NCBI GenBank assembly: GCA_044226015.1
Contig: JBGAHS010000010.1
Location: 160,001-224,000 of the forward strand
Direction: 5' to 3'
DNA length: 64,000 nt
From: Candidatus Obscuribacteraceae bacterium
GTDB taxonomy: Bacteria > Cyanobacteriota > Vampirovibrionia > Obscuribacterales > Obscuribacteraceae
Shown: positions 29,120 through 39,300 of the stretch, piece by piece
How positions within the stretch are numbered: the first letter of the stretch is position 1
Layout of the letters: every line of letters starts with the position of its first letter
Notes under the pieces: model-generated
What the model was told of the DNA's origin: nothing
The model's input: only the letters and a program-made list of their open reading frames with translations
The model's database searches: none
Made by a program: the position numbers and the translations under genes

Positions 29120-30472
29120 ATGACAGATATCGATAGAAAAATGCTCAAAATGAAATTGGAGAAAGAGCTTGAGGCTTTTGTGGAGAAGCATCCGCGTTCC
29201 AAGGCAATGTATGAGCGCGCTCAAAAGAATATGGTTTCTGGTGTGCCTATGAACTGGATGGTCAAATGGGCCGGAGCTTTTCCGGTTTTCGTTCAGGAAG
29301 CGAAGGGTGCGCACTTCGTTGACGTTGATGGTCACAGATATCTTGATCTTTGTCTCGGAGACACTGGGGCGATGACCGGGCACGCCCCTGCAGCAGCTGT
29401 CGAAGCGATTCAGAATCAAATTGCTCAAGGCGCAACTTTTATGTTACCGACTGAAGATTGTTTATGGGTTGCTGACGAACTGAAACGCCGCTTTCGTCTG
29501 CCATATTGGCAGTTCGCAATGACAGCAACCGATGCAAATCGTTTTTCAATTCGATTGGCCAGGCACCTTACTGGGCGGAAGAAAATTCTTGTATTCAACT
29601 GGTGCTACCACGGCACCGTTGACGAAACTTTTATCGTTCTGCGTGATGGGAAAGGTGTCAGTCGAAATGGCAACATAGGTGCTGCCGTCGACCCAGCTAT
29701 AACGACAAAGGTCGTTGAATTCAATGACATTTCTGCTTTAGAACAGGCGCTCGCAGATGCTGATGTGGCTTGCGTTCTTGCAGAGCCGGTGCTTACAAAT
29801 ATTGGTATTGTTCATGCTATGCCTGGGTTTCATGATGCTTTGCGTCGGCTTACCAGAGAGACCGGAACACTGCTCATTCTCGATGAAACCCACACAATAT
29901 GCACCGGACCTGGTGGCTATACTGCTGCGTATGGATTAGAACCCGACATTTTGACCTGTGGCAAGCCTATAGCTAGCGGCATTCCCGCTGCCGCCTATGG
30001 TTTCACGGCTGAACTTGCGGAGAAAATTGAAGCGAAAATTAAAGTGGAAGATTCTGATACTGGTGGCATTGGTGGCACGCTGGCTGCTAATGCGCTTTCC
30101 ATGTCAGCTATGCGAGCAACTTTGCAGCATGTGCTTACTGAAGATGCTTACGCGAAATCTATTCCCCTTGCGCAGAGATTCACTGAGGGCGTGCAATCGG
30201 TGATTGATGAGTACAAATTGCCCTGGTCTGTTCAACAACTGGGCTGTCGTGCCGAATATTGGTTTCGCGAAAAAGCTCCTATAAATGGCTCTGAGGCAGC
30301 AGCAGCGGTTGACTATGAATTAGATCGCTTTATGCACCTGGCTGCATTGAACAGAGGCATTCTAATGACGCCTTTCCACAATATGGCGCTGGTATCTCCT
30401 GCCACATGCGCGGCTGATATCGATGAACATACGCGTGTTTTTGCAGAATCTGTGCGTCTGCTTCTAAGCTGA
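29120..30472 (+). CDS. Class III PLP-dependent aminotransferase (glutamate-1-semialdehyde aminomutase-like); likely start ATG 29120
   Basis: DVDGHRYLD, YHGTVD, AEPV, LLILDETHT and GKPIASG (PLP lysine). Confidence 0.9.
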   Translation: MTDIDRKMLKMKLEKELEAFVEKHPRSKAMYERAQKNMVSGVPMNWMVKWAGAFPVFVQEAKGAHFVDVDGHRYLDLCLGDTGAMTGHAPAAAVEAIQNQIAQGATFMLPTEDCLWVADELKRRFRLPYWQFAMTATDANRFSIRLARHLTGRKKILVFNWCYHGTVDETFIVLRDGKGVSRNGNIGAAVDPAITTKVVEFNDISALEQALADADVACVLAEPVLTNIGIVHAMPGFHDALRRLTRETGTLLILDETHTICTGPGGYTAAYGLEPDILTCGKPIASGIPAAAYGFTAELAEKIEAKIKVEDSDTGGIGGTLAANALSMSAMRATLQHVLTEDAYAKSIPLAQRFTEGVQSVIDEYKLPWSVQQLGCRAEYWFREKAPINGSEAAAAVDYELDRFMHLAALNRGILMTPFHNMALVSPATCAADIDEHTRVFAESVRLLLS

Positions 30473-30498
30473 GCGTTGTTTTTTTTGATTCTTCAGCA

Positions 30499-30636
30499 AG
30501 TGCCACCATTCCAGCGTTATAGAGTTCATAAGCCGGGTGAAAGCCGGCGCTCCCATGCCTTATTTTAGATGACGTAATACAGGTCAGCTTATTGCTAGCC
30601 TCCTTTGAGCCTGGGAGTGCCACCATCCTGGCGGCT
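30499..30636. repeat. Degenerate REP-like GC-rich inverted repeats
   Basis: AGCCGGGTGAAAGCCGGCGCTCCCA (30531-30555) is an imperfect inverted copy (17/25) of TGGGAGTGCCACCATCCTGGCGGCT (30612-30636). AGTGCCACCAT also occurs at 30499. Confidence 0.5.
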
Positions 30637-30861
30637 TCTGCGTTCGGGAAAATATTTTCGGCACTGTTAAAGCTGTGTTGGTTTTCTTACTCTGCTATTA
30701 CAAAGTACTTCGTTTTTAGCGGCTAATTAACAGTGTTCTTACGAATAGCGAGATCTTTCGAGACTCTTATACTGGGCTTTACATGAGCCTTACGCTATGC
30801 CACGAATTCGTACCGTTCAATGAGTAGTGTGAATGTTGTATGCAACTCGGAGGCACTAAAA

Positions 30862-31887
30862 ATGAAACCAGGTAAGAGAGCTCTACTTGTACTTCCTGCA
30901 ATTCTCTTCTTCTTAAGTCAATCAACATTCGCGCAAGATATTTCGACTGTGGTTTCGAGCACTCAGTTGCCAGCACCATATACAATGGCAACCATTCCAT
31001 TCACTGGTATCGCTCCTGCTCTTCCGATTGCTCCGCGAACACCTCTACCTGGTCCGCGGTCTATCCCTACTCGAAAACAGTCTGTTTCCAAACCTGGCAG
31101 TACGGCTGCTGCGGCCGTGACGGAAGTCGAAAGAGTTAGAGCTGTCGTGAGAACTCCGAAAAAAGCAAGTTCTTCCGTTAGATCCATAAACCGCTTTGAC
31201 AGAGTTGGCAAAGTAACCAGGGTTCCGGAAACAGAAACGAAGCCTTTGCCTTTCCTTGACCCTTCGACGAATATTTCAACTGAAGTGATAACAAAAGCTC
31301 AATCCGTTCCAAACAATCCCGAAGCTAAGACAGTAGCGCTCACATTCGACGATGGTCCTAGCCCCGTATACACACGGCAAGTTTTAGCGATTCTAAAGGA
31401 GAATCAAGTCCATGCCACATTCTGCGTTGTTGGAAGGCAAGTGAAACTGTGCCCGGATTTGGTCAGGCAAATTGTCGCAGAGGGGCATAAAATCGCAAAC
31501 CATTCGATGAATCATGACGAGAGCATCGCTAAAAAGTCTGGCAAGAAAATCAAGACTGAGGTATTAGCTGAAAACGAGTTGATTCTATCGTGTGCGCCGG
31601 AAGCCAAAATAGAATATTTTCGTGCACCTGCTGGTAATTGGAATATGAAACTGCGGAAGATGTCTGCAAGCTGGGGGATGAAAGCTCTTGGTTGGAGCAT
31701 TGACACAAAAGACTGGCAGCATCCTGGTGTTGATGCAATCGTGAACCATGTCACAAAATACATCCACTCGCGAGGCGTAGTTCTCATGCATGATGGTGGC
31801 GGTGACAGATCTGAATCGGTCGCAGCGCTAAAGCGTATCATCCCATTGTTGAAAGCTTCTGGTTATGAATTCACCTTCCCAGAGTAA
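30862..31887 (+). CDS. Secreted polysaccharide/peptidoglycan deacetylase (CE4/NodB); likely start ATG 30862
   Basis: GGAGG RBS; signal peptide; Pro-rich linker; TFDDGP, NHSMNH, FRAPAG, DTKDW and VLMHDG motifs. Confidence 0.92.
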   Translation: MKPGKRALLVLPAILFFLSQSTFAQDISTVVSSTQLPAPYTMATIPFTGIAPALPIAPRTPLPGPRSIPTRKQSVSKPGSTAAAAVTEVERVRAVVRTPKKASSSVRSINRFDRVGKVTRVPETETKPLPFLDPSTNISTEVITKAQSVPNNPEAKTVALTFDDGPSPVYTRQVLAILKENQVHATFCVVGRQVKLCPDLVRQIVAEGHKIANHSMNHDESIAKKSGKKIKTEVLAENELILSCAPEAKIEYFRAPAGNWNMKLRKMSASWGMKALGWSIDTKDWQHPGVDAIVNHVTKYIHSRGVVLMHDGGGDRSESVAALKRIIPLLKASGYEFTFPE

Positions 31888-31962
31888 AAATGTCGAGCCA
31901 GCGCAATTTGCTGCAATATTCTCTCGTGTTGCTGTGCTATCCTTTTCGCCACGAGGTGTAAG

Positions 31963-32424
31963 ATGCAGATTTGGATCGACGCAGACGCTTGCCCTGTAGT
32001 GGTTCGCGATATCACTATAAAGGCAGCCTTAAGATTGAAGGTCAAGATAGTTTTTGTAGCAAACAAAAAAATATTGTTGCCTGGGTCTGACTTGGTTGAA
32101 CAGGTCGTAGTAACGGAAGGTCCAGACAAAGCGGACGAATACATCATAGAAAATGCACGACCAGGCGATCTCGTTGTGAGTCAGGACATTCCTCTGGCGC
32201 ATTGTCTGGTTAAAGCAAAGATTGTTGTGATTGACCCACGTGGAAGAGTGCACACTGAGGATAATATCGCTGAGCGACTGGCAACGCGCGACTTGCTGCA
32301 AGAGTTGCGTGACATAGGCGACGTTAAAGGCGGACCTCAGGCGTTTGGCAATAAAGAGAAACAGGCTTTTGCTTCGAGCTTTGACCGCGAGTTAAACAAG
32401 CTGATTCGCGTTTCTAATTCTTAG
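31963..32424 (+). CDS. YaiI/YqxD (UPF0178, DUF188) family protein
   Basis: IWIDADACPV, VANK, DKADEYI, GDLVVSQDIPLA and DPRG motifs. Confidence 0.9.
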   Translation: MQIWIDADACPVVVRDITIKAALRLKVKIVFVANKKILLPGSDLVEQVVVTEGPDKADEYIIENARPGDLVVSQDIPLAHCLVKAKIVVIDPRGRVHTEDNIAERLATRDLLQELRDIGDVKGGPQAFGNKEKQAFASSFDRELNKLIRVSNS

Positions 32425-34906
32425 GCTTGTTCGTTTTGCTGTCGGAATCTTTAAGACTGTAAGTCTTGATGTCGCAACCAAGAAGATAGTTGTGTAGTTT
32501 GATTGATTTAGTCAAGTATTTCTTTTCACTTTCTCGCCAGATTACGTAGTCCACGTTGGTGTCAAGAGTGCTTTCTCTGGCAAGAGCGAATTGAGCTGAG
32601 TTGCCTACTGCAATGCCCTTGACCGCCACTATTATGTCGCCTTTTTGAATACCAGCCTTATCTGTCTTGAACGAGCGGTTAACGATTCTCACGCCCTGCG
32701 TTGGCGGCTTTGTGTCAGGCACATACTTCTTCATTCCTTCAGGGAATACATCTTTGATTGCCTCCTCTGCTCCGTTTTTGTAAACTGCGTTTAAGTCGGG
32801 ATGCCTGACGTAAAGCGCTTTGAGTTCATCATCTTTGTCATAGCGCTCTTTTATCTTCTTGAAAGTCTCTTCCGCTTCCTGAATTCGCCCACTGCGTTCC
32901 TGGAAATAGCCTTGTGTTCGAAGACCGACTCGTGAGTAGACTTCTCCTACTTTGTTTGCTAGAGCCTCGGCTTTCTCGTGTTGTTCTGTCTCACGGTAAT
33001 AATCGATTAGCCAGCCGCCGTAATGCGAGAGCACCACCTGATCACGAGCCTGACTCAACGCTTTCTCATAAGATGCAACAGCTTTTGATGGATTGATTGT
33101 TTCATAGCACTCGGCTATTTTGAAAGTCATATCTGGTTCGATCTTTGCGATTTTTTCCAGTTGCTCTATATATGCCATTTTGTTAGAGTTTTGGTAGGCA
33201 TAAGCTACTGAATTCATAGCTTGCAAGCTGTAATCAGCAAGCGATTTGTATATTGTTTTCAGCTGGGCTCCTGTGGCTGTTTGCCCATACTTTGCGTCAG
33301 CTGTTGCCCAGAGCACGGGCACATCGTATGGTGCAAGTGCTGCTAGTTGCGATAAATCGATTTGATTTAAGCGTCTCACATATTCCAGCCTATTATCAAA
33401 ATCATAAACCGTACCATATGGAAGTCCCTTCCCGAACCAGGAGAGTTCTCTCATCGGCTCTTCTGCTTGGTTCTTGCTAGCTTTCATCCATAGTGAATAA
33501 GTAATCAATTCAGGCTTATTCCAACTGAGGTCTACCAATTGCTTGTCTAGTTCTGGCGTACTTGCTTTTCGTTCTTCCTGATAGGCATCTATTTCAAAAA
33601 GCGGATACAAGGTAAGCTTTGCAAGTTGTGTCTTCGTTTCTTTGAGCATCTCTTTTGCCTGGTCAGTTACTCCCCACATGCCCCACAAGAAGTGGTGAGT
33701 TTGATAGCAAGCGTCAAGCAACTGTCTGCAGTGAAAAGCCTCCAAAGAGGATCTTGATATTGGAGATAAAACCCATTTCTCACCGGTCTTTTCCAGTGCA
33801 CCATTAGCAGTGGCGTTTAGGTAAGTGATCAGTTCGTCTGCATTTGCAGGCTTTAGACCCTCAAACAAATTAAGCTCATGTGCGGCATCTTGAATTTCTG
33901 CTTGAATGCTGTTCTTACAGAAGATGTGACCCGACTCAACTGTCGCACGCCCTCGCATACCCAAACGGAAATAATCAATGAGGACCTCGTCCTGTGGTTT
34001 TTCAATTCTTAGATAATCGGTAAGTGCATCGGTCGTTATGTTCCTGCTAATTGCACCGGCATACGCAAGCTTTTCGAAGCTACCGGCGTGGGAGAGATCG
34101 GCAATGCGATAATCATTAGTGATCCTCATTTTTAGCCCGCGAACAAGGCTCTTGATTCCCGAATCGTTTTGGTCTGCGCTTGAAATTTGGGCGAGCGCAT
34201 CTAATGCTTCTTTTTGAAGGCCACTTCGTTCAAGCAAAATTACTTTACTGAATTGCCCCGCCAGAGACGGTTTAGAGCCGTTTCGAGCCGCTTCTGCAAT
34301 CGCGAGATGTGCGGACATTTGGTTAAGCCAGGGGCGCGTGTCGCTGAAGCACGCAGCTGTTTCACGAAGGGCAAAAAATCCACACAAGAGCGCCGCTGAC
34401 TCGTTTATTTCTGCATCTAGTGGATGCGCAGACAGTTGTGCCGAGAGGTCCTTGTTTGCTTTTGCAAGCTTGGTTGAATTAAAGTTCGCCAGATTTTTTA
34501 CGAGCGCTTTTGAGTCGTATGAGCTTTTGTTTTCAAATTCTTTGTGGACACCTCTTGCGATTTCTGCGGCTAGATCTCTGTAATTTTCTGGTGACCAGAT
34601 GAACTTACTTAGTGCCAGATTTCCTTCCGTTTTTAGCTTGGCACAATTTAGAGAATAGCGATATTTCTCGGCGCCATCTTTGTCTCCGGTAGTTGAGAAC
34701 TTTATGTTTGAAAGGTCTAAGTCAGAACCTTTTGATGCATAGAGGACGATTTGTGCGACATCATTTCCAACTGATTCGACTATCCACTGCTGCTCGTTGC
34801 TCAGTCTTGTATTCTTTGCCGAGGTTTCGCCTAATTGTTGCAGTGTGCAAGCTGATAGTGTGAAAGCCATCAGTATTGCCAGAGTGCTAGTTCCTGTTGG
34901 CTTCAT
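32414..34906 (-). CDS. Lipoprotein with helical/TPR-like body and C-terminal PDZ-like domain
   Basis: Lipobox LSAC at residues 17-20; TPR-like helices; C-terminal GVRIV...KAGIQKGDIIVAVKG PDZ pattern. Confidence 0.72.
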   Translation of the reverse strand: MKPTGTSTLAILMAFTLSACTLQQLGETSAKNTRLSNEQQWIVESVGNDVAQIVLYASKGSDLDLSNIKFSTTGDKDGAEKYRYSLNCAKLKTEGNLALSKFIWSPENYRDLAAEIARGVHKEFENKSSYDSKALVKNLANFNSTKLAKANKDLSAQLSAHPLDAEINESAALLCGFFALRETAACFSDTRPWLNQMSAHLAIAEAARNGSKPSLAGQFSKVILLERSGLQKEALDALAQISSADQNDSGIKSLVRGLKMRITNDYRIADLSHAGSFEKLAYAGAISRNITTDALTDYLRIEKPQDEVLIDYFRLGMRGRATVESGHIFCKNSIQAEIQDAAHELNLFEGLKPANADELITYLNATANGALEKTGEKWVLSPISRSSLEAFHCRQLLDACYQTHHFLWGMWGVTDQAKEMLKETKTQLAKLTLYPLFEIDAYQEERKASTPELDKQLVDLSWNKPELITYSLWMKASKNQAEEPMRELSWFGKGLPYGTVYDFDNRLEYVRRLNQIDLSQLAALAPYDVPVLWATADAKYGQTATGAQLKTIYKSLADYSLQAMNSVAYAYQNSNKMAYIEQLEKIAKIEPDMTFKIAECYETINPSKAVASYEKALSQARDQVVLSHYGGWLIDYYRETEQHEKAEALANKVGEVYSRVGLRTQGYFQERSGRIQEAEETFKKIKERYDKDDELKALYVRHPDLNAVYKNGAEEAIKDVFPEGMKKYVPDTKPPTQGVRIVNRSFKTDKAGIQKGDIIVAVKGIAVGNSAQFALARESTLDTNVDYVIWRESEKKYLTKSIKLHNYLLGCDIKTYSLKDSDSKTNKPKN

Positions 34907-35132
34907 GTTTCAATTCTCCAGTGGCACTAAGTTGACTCTACCTCGGTTGGGCCATGAATAATCCTGTTCTTTCGGAAAGTGTGTCGCAGATTTTGCGCTA
35001 ACAATGATTTCTTCTTTAGCTGCAAGAAAAATGTATGTCAATGGGTCATTCTTTTCTGGAAGATTGTTTGTTGTCAGCAGCTCCTAAAAATTCGCCTGGC
35101 AGGGTGAAGTCTCTAGTTCAGGGGATTAATAA

Positions 35133-36011
35133 GTGAAGATCGATTTTCTCAAAACGGTAACTTGTTCAATTGTTTTTAGCTGTTCTCTTATGGCAGCTTG
35201 TTTCGCTGCCCCTGCAGAGGCAGCCCCGTCTAAGTCAGACGCGAAGATGACTGAGATACTTTCCAGCAAGAGTAGCGTAACGGAAAAAGCTGAGAAACTT
35301 CGGGTGGAAGGTGCATCTCAGCTGCAAAAAGGTGATGCCACAAAGGCGATAGTATACTTGCGTAAGTCGATGGAACTCGACCCTTCGAACGCCGAGTCAG
35401 TTTGCGACTATGGGGAAGCGCTCTACTTCCAGAATAAGTTCAATCCTGCTTTGCTTGAGTATACCAAGGCGATCAAAATGAACCCCAAGTTGGCTCGTGC
35501 TTATTTCGATAGGGCTATGTATTTTGAGGGAGAAAAAAAATATCCTGAAGCCATCAAAGAGTTTGGATTTGCTGTTCAGTACAATCCTAACAATGCTGAC
35601 TATTGGGGCTCACGAGGCAAGCTTTTGGACACATTAGGGAGACACGCTGAAGCCGTTGCCGACTACACAGCTGCACTGAAGGCGGATCCTGAAGCTCGTT
35701 GGCCTCACGTTCAACGTGCCACCGCCTATGAAGGCATGAAGCAGTTTGACAAGGCTGTTGAAGACTACAATATTCTGCTGAAGCGTTACCCTGATGAGCA
35801 GGATTATTACGAGTTTCGAGGCAAGTCGTATTTTCTAGGTGCTAAGTATGAGCAATCAATAGCGGACTACTCAAAGGTAATAGGCTATTCTCCTAAGTAT
35901 GCAGGGGGGTATCTGGGAAGAGCCCGCGCTTACGAAAAGTTGGATGGAAAGAAATCGGCACGCGCTCAGTCCGACTATGCTATGGCTAAAAAGTATGGTT
36001 GGGAACCATAA
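35133..36011 (+). CDS. Secreted TPR-repeat protein
   Basis: Signal-like N-terminus; about 7 TPR repeats (ALLEYTKAIKMNPKLARAYFDRA, AVADYTAALKADP, SIADYSKVIGYSPKYAGGYLGRA). Confidence 0.9.
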   Translation: MKIDFLKTVTCSIVFSCSLMAACFAAPAEAAPSKSDAKMTEILSSKSSVTEKAEKLRVEGASQLQKGDATKAIVYLRKSMELDPSNAESVCDYGEALYFQNKFNPALLEYTKAIKMNPKLARAYFDRAMYFEGEKKYPEAIKEFGFAVQYNPNNADYWGSRGKLLDTLGRHAEAVADYTAALKADPEARWPHVQRATAYEGMKQFDKAVEDYNILLKRYPDEQDYYEFRGKSYFLGAKYEQSIADYSKVIGYSPKYAGGYLGRARAYEKLDGKKSARAQSDYAMAKKYGWEP

Positions 36012-36130
36012 GTCGGTCTCTGGACTTGGCGACTTACTTCAAGGTAGGAATTGTTCCGATGCCTGTCTAGGCTGATGTTTCCCTAGCAAACCCCAGCTAA
36101 TTGTGGGCTTGTAAAGAAGTTTTGTATTCT

Positions 36131-36177
36131 GCACGACAAAAAGCCGCGAATGCTGTCGCTGATGGGCTTTTTCCGTG
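36131..36177 (+). terminator. Possible terminator hairpin after the TPR gene
   Basis: AAAAAGCC-GCGA...TCGC-TGATG-GGCTTTTT, with flanking CACG/CGTG pairing. Confidence 0.4.
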
Positions 36178-36358
36178 ACAAAAATTTACCTTTGAATGAA
36201 TGTCAATACGGCTAATGGCGGATAGTAAACCACTCTGGCAGCCTATAGGCTTAGTGTAGGTGGATAGTCCAGGGGCTTGCATTTTAAGCTTCTTCACCGT
36301 TGAAACTGGGTTTGGCTGGGTCCCAAGCTCATACGCCTATCGATTCGAGTTGAGGTCT

Positions 36359-39300
36359 ATGAAAGCATCTACAAGTTCTGCCCTCGTGTTCCTGCTGTTT
36401 ACGCAAGTTATCCATCCGCTGACTGCTCTTGCTCAGTCCAGACCTGGAAGTGCGTCGCCCGGCAACTCGTCGAGTTCTGGGGTAACTCCGATTAATTTGG
36501 ACCTGAGTTCGAAGAACCGTAACTTGACCGCGAACAATCTCGGCAGTTCCGGGCAGGTCTCGATTAAGGTTGGAAATCAGACCATGCAAGTCAATGCAGC
36601 AACCATGCTGACACCAGCTGAAAGGCTTGCGGTCTACCAGGTGCTGTCAACGGGGCAGCAATCGATTCTGCTTGGTAGCCTCGGCAATGCAATCGGTGGA
36701 AGCTTCAACATCGGCGCAAAGTTCAACCAGTATGTGTCGAGTCTGGTGATTCCTCGAGGTGTTACTGCAATTCAGAATGCAGCAGTGAACAGCAATTTGA
36801 GCCTGGCTGGTAATTTGACAAACGCAGGCAGTTTGTTGGGTGTGTCGACGAGCCAGGACTACAGCTCGCTTTTGATCAGCGCTCAGAACATCTATAATCG
36901 TCAGGGGGCGCTCATTTCGACCATGCTCCCAGCCGGGGGAATCGCGGGCGTTAGTGGTGCCATCTCCAGTCTAAATTTGTCGCTGAGCGCGCTGAACAAT
37001 ATTGTGAACTATGGTTCGATTATCAGTTCAGGCAATTTGAACTTAAGTGCTGGCAATTCTATTATCAATGCTCTCCCTGCGGGAACCAGTGGTGCCGCAC
37101 CTCTGATGCAAGCTGCAGGAAATTTGAGTTTCAACAGCAGCCAAATTGCAAATGCAGGTTTGATTAATGCTATTAATGGAAACGTCAATTTTGCGACACA
37201 AGGTCTGCAATCTCTAAATATTAATAACAAGAACGGTACAATTCAAGCGCTTCTCGGTAGCATCAATTTGCGGGACGCGTTTTTTAGTGGCAAGGCTGAT
37301 ACCAGTTTGCTCGGTGGGAATTTGCTCTCTAAAGAGTTGAATGTCTTCTCGAGTGACGGCATAGCCAATGTACACGTGAAGGATCTCACTGGTGTGGTCA
37401 ATGTTTCTGCCGCTTGTGCATTCATAACTGCAGAGACAGACAATCTTTCAATCGGAAGTCTCAATCTGACTGGAGACCCTCTAATTGCCAATGCTGCTGG
37501 TGACCTTACTTTGCTAAGCAGCATGAATTTGATTACAAACGGTGCTGACCTGGCATTATTGGCAAAAGGAAATATAACTGCTGGAAACGCGCTATCAATC
37601 GACACGAGTTCTCTGACAGGAAGCGGTGGTGACATTACCATAGTTGCAGGTGCCAACTTCGCAGCTCCGGTAGGGAATGTGACGAAGGTTACTGGTGCGT
37701 CCAGCACCGGTGGTAGTATCAACTTTTTGAGTCCCAGTAGCGTAAGTCTCATCGACAGCTCTGCCAAAGGTGCTTCGGGAGATGCTGGCAGCATACAACT
37801 TCTAGCTTTTGCTGGCAGCACTAAAGGGTCTGGAACGATCACTCTTCCTTCGTCAATGCCGATTAACGCCAACAGTGTTGGCGGAAAGGCAGGCGATGTT
37901 ATCATCACTGCTGGTGGTCAGAGCGCTGTGGTTCTCGATAACACTAGCCCTGCCACCGCTAAAGCAAGTACTGTGCAAGTTTCTATATCGGGTGGCGTCA
38001 CCACTGTCGGTGCCCTGTCCGCCGTGAACTTCATCGGTCCAATACATAATGTAGGGTTGGCAGGCACGGGTAGCACCAGCATAATCGCTGCACAACCCAA
38101 GGTGTCAACTGGCGGTGTGACCATAACAGATGGCAGCATCACTGCAGGTTCGTTTAGCGCTGGAACTCCTACGGCATCGAACGGACGCATCTATCTCGGC
38201 GCAATTGACAGTTCTAAAGATCTAACTGTTTCTTCTGGCAATACCATTGTATTTAGTGAGGCTGTAAATGTTGGTGGCAATGCTACAGTAAGCACTACAG
38301 CCAACAATGGCAATATTTCAATTGAGAAAAACTTCAAAGCCGGTGGCAACATCAGTCTGACTGCACACGGCTCGGGGTCGATTACGACACAAAGCTTTTT
38401 TATTGCCAGTCCGCAAGTGGGAAGTGGTGCATACGGCGCTGCCATTCAGTCTTTGGGGAATTTTGTCTATGTGCCGAACAATGCCAGTAATACAGTAAGC
38501 GTTATTGACTCTTCGACGAATCTAGTGGTTGCCACAATCGACTTGAGTGCAGTTGACATAGTCGCGCCTCGTGGCGCTGCATCGTCAGCCAATGGGCAAT
38601 TCATATATGTAGTCGGCAACTCGTCTACTGCCGGTCAGGGCACAGTTGTTGTAATAGACACTTCCAATAATACTGTAAGCACAACCTATTCCTTCCAGTC
38701 GGGAACACCATCGGCTAATGCAAATTTTGAACCGAAGTTTGTTGGCGTTTCTGGCGGCAAAGTTTATGTTTTGAGTGATTACGCCCTCGGGACGTCCACG
38801 CCAACTGCAGCTAGCCAGCTTACTGTGATAGATCCATTGAATCCCGGCTCTCCAGTTAATGTCTCTCTGCCAGGAGCCGTGGGACGTGGTAATTTTGGTG
38901 GTCTGGCTATAAACCCTCAGGGCACACGTGCTTATATCGCTAACACTGCAAGTAACAATATTTCTGTAGTTGATTTGAGCAACAACACCGTAACAAGCAC
39001 CATCAGTCTTGGCACGGCAGGCACTACAGGACCTACAGCATTGTCTTTCAATCCTACAGGCAGCCGTTTGTTCGTTGCTTACGCAGACACGGCGGGCTCT
39101 GGGTCGATGAGTCTCAAGGCTATCGACACGCTGCCCGGTTCTAATACATTCAATCAAGTTGTTTTGACTCAGCCTTTCGCTAATGCAAATCCAGCGGCTA
39201 TTCCTCTTGCAATTAGCAGTACTCCAACTGGTGCTCAACTAATCATGAGTGATACCAATCTGGTTGGTATACAGAATCCGATTTCATTGAGCAATACTGA

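Noticed and set aside
29120..30472. Assigning hemL
   Set aside because: The GSAM-like fold is clear, but the N-terminal GVPMNWM differs from the HemL GGVNSPVR motif, so the substrate is unknown.
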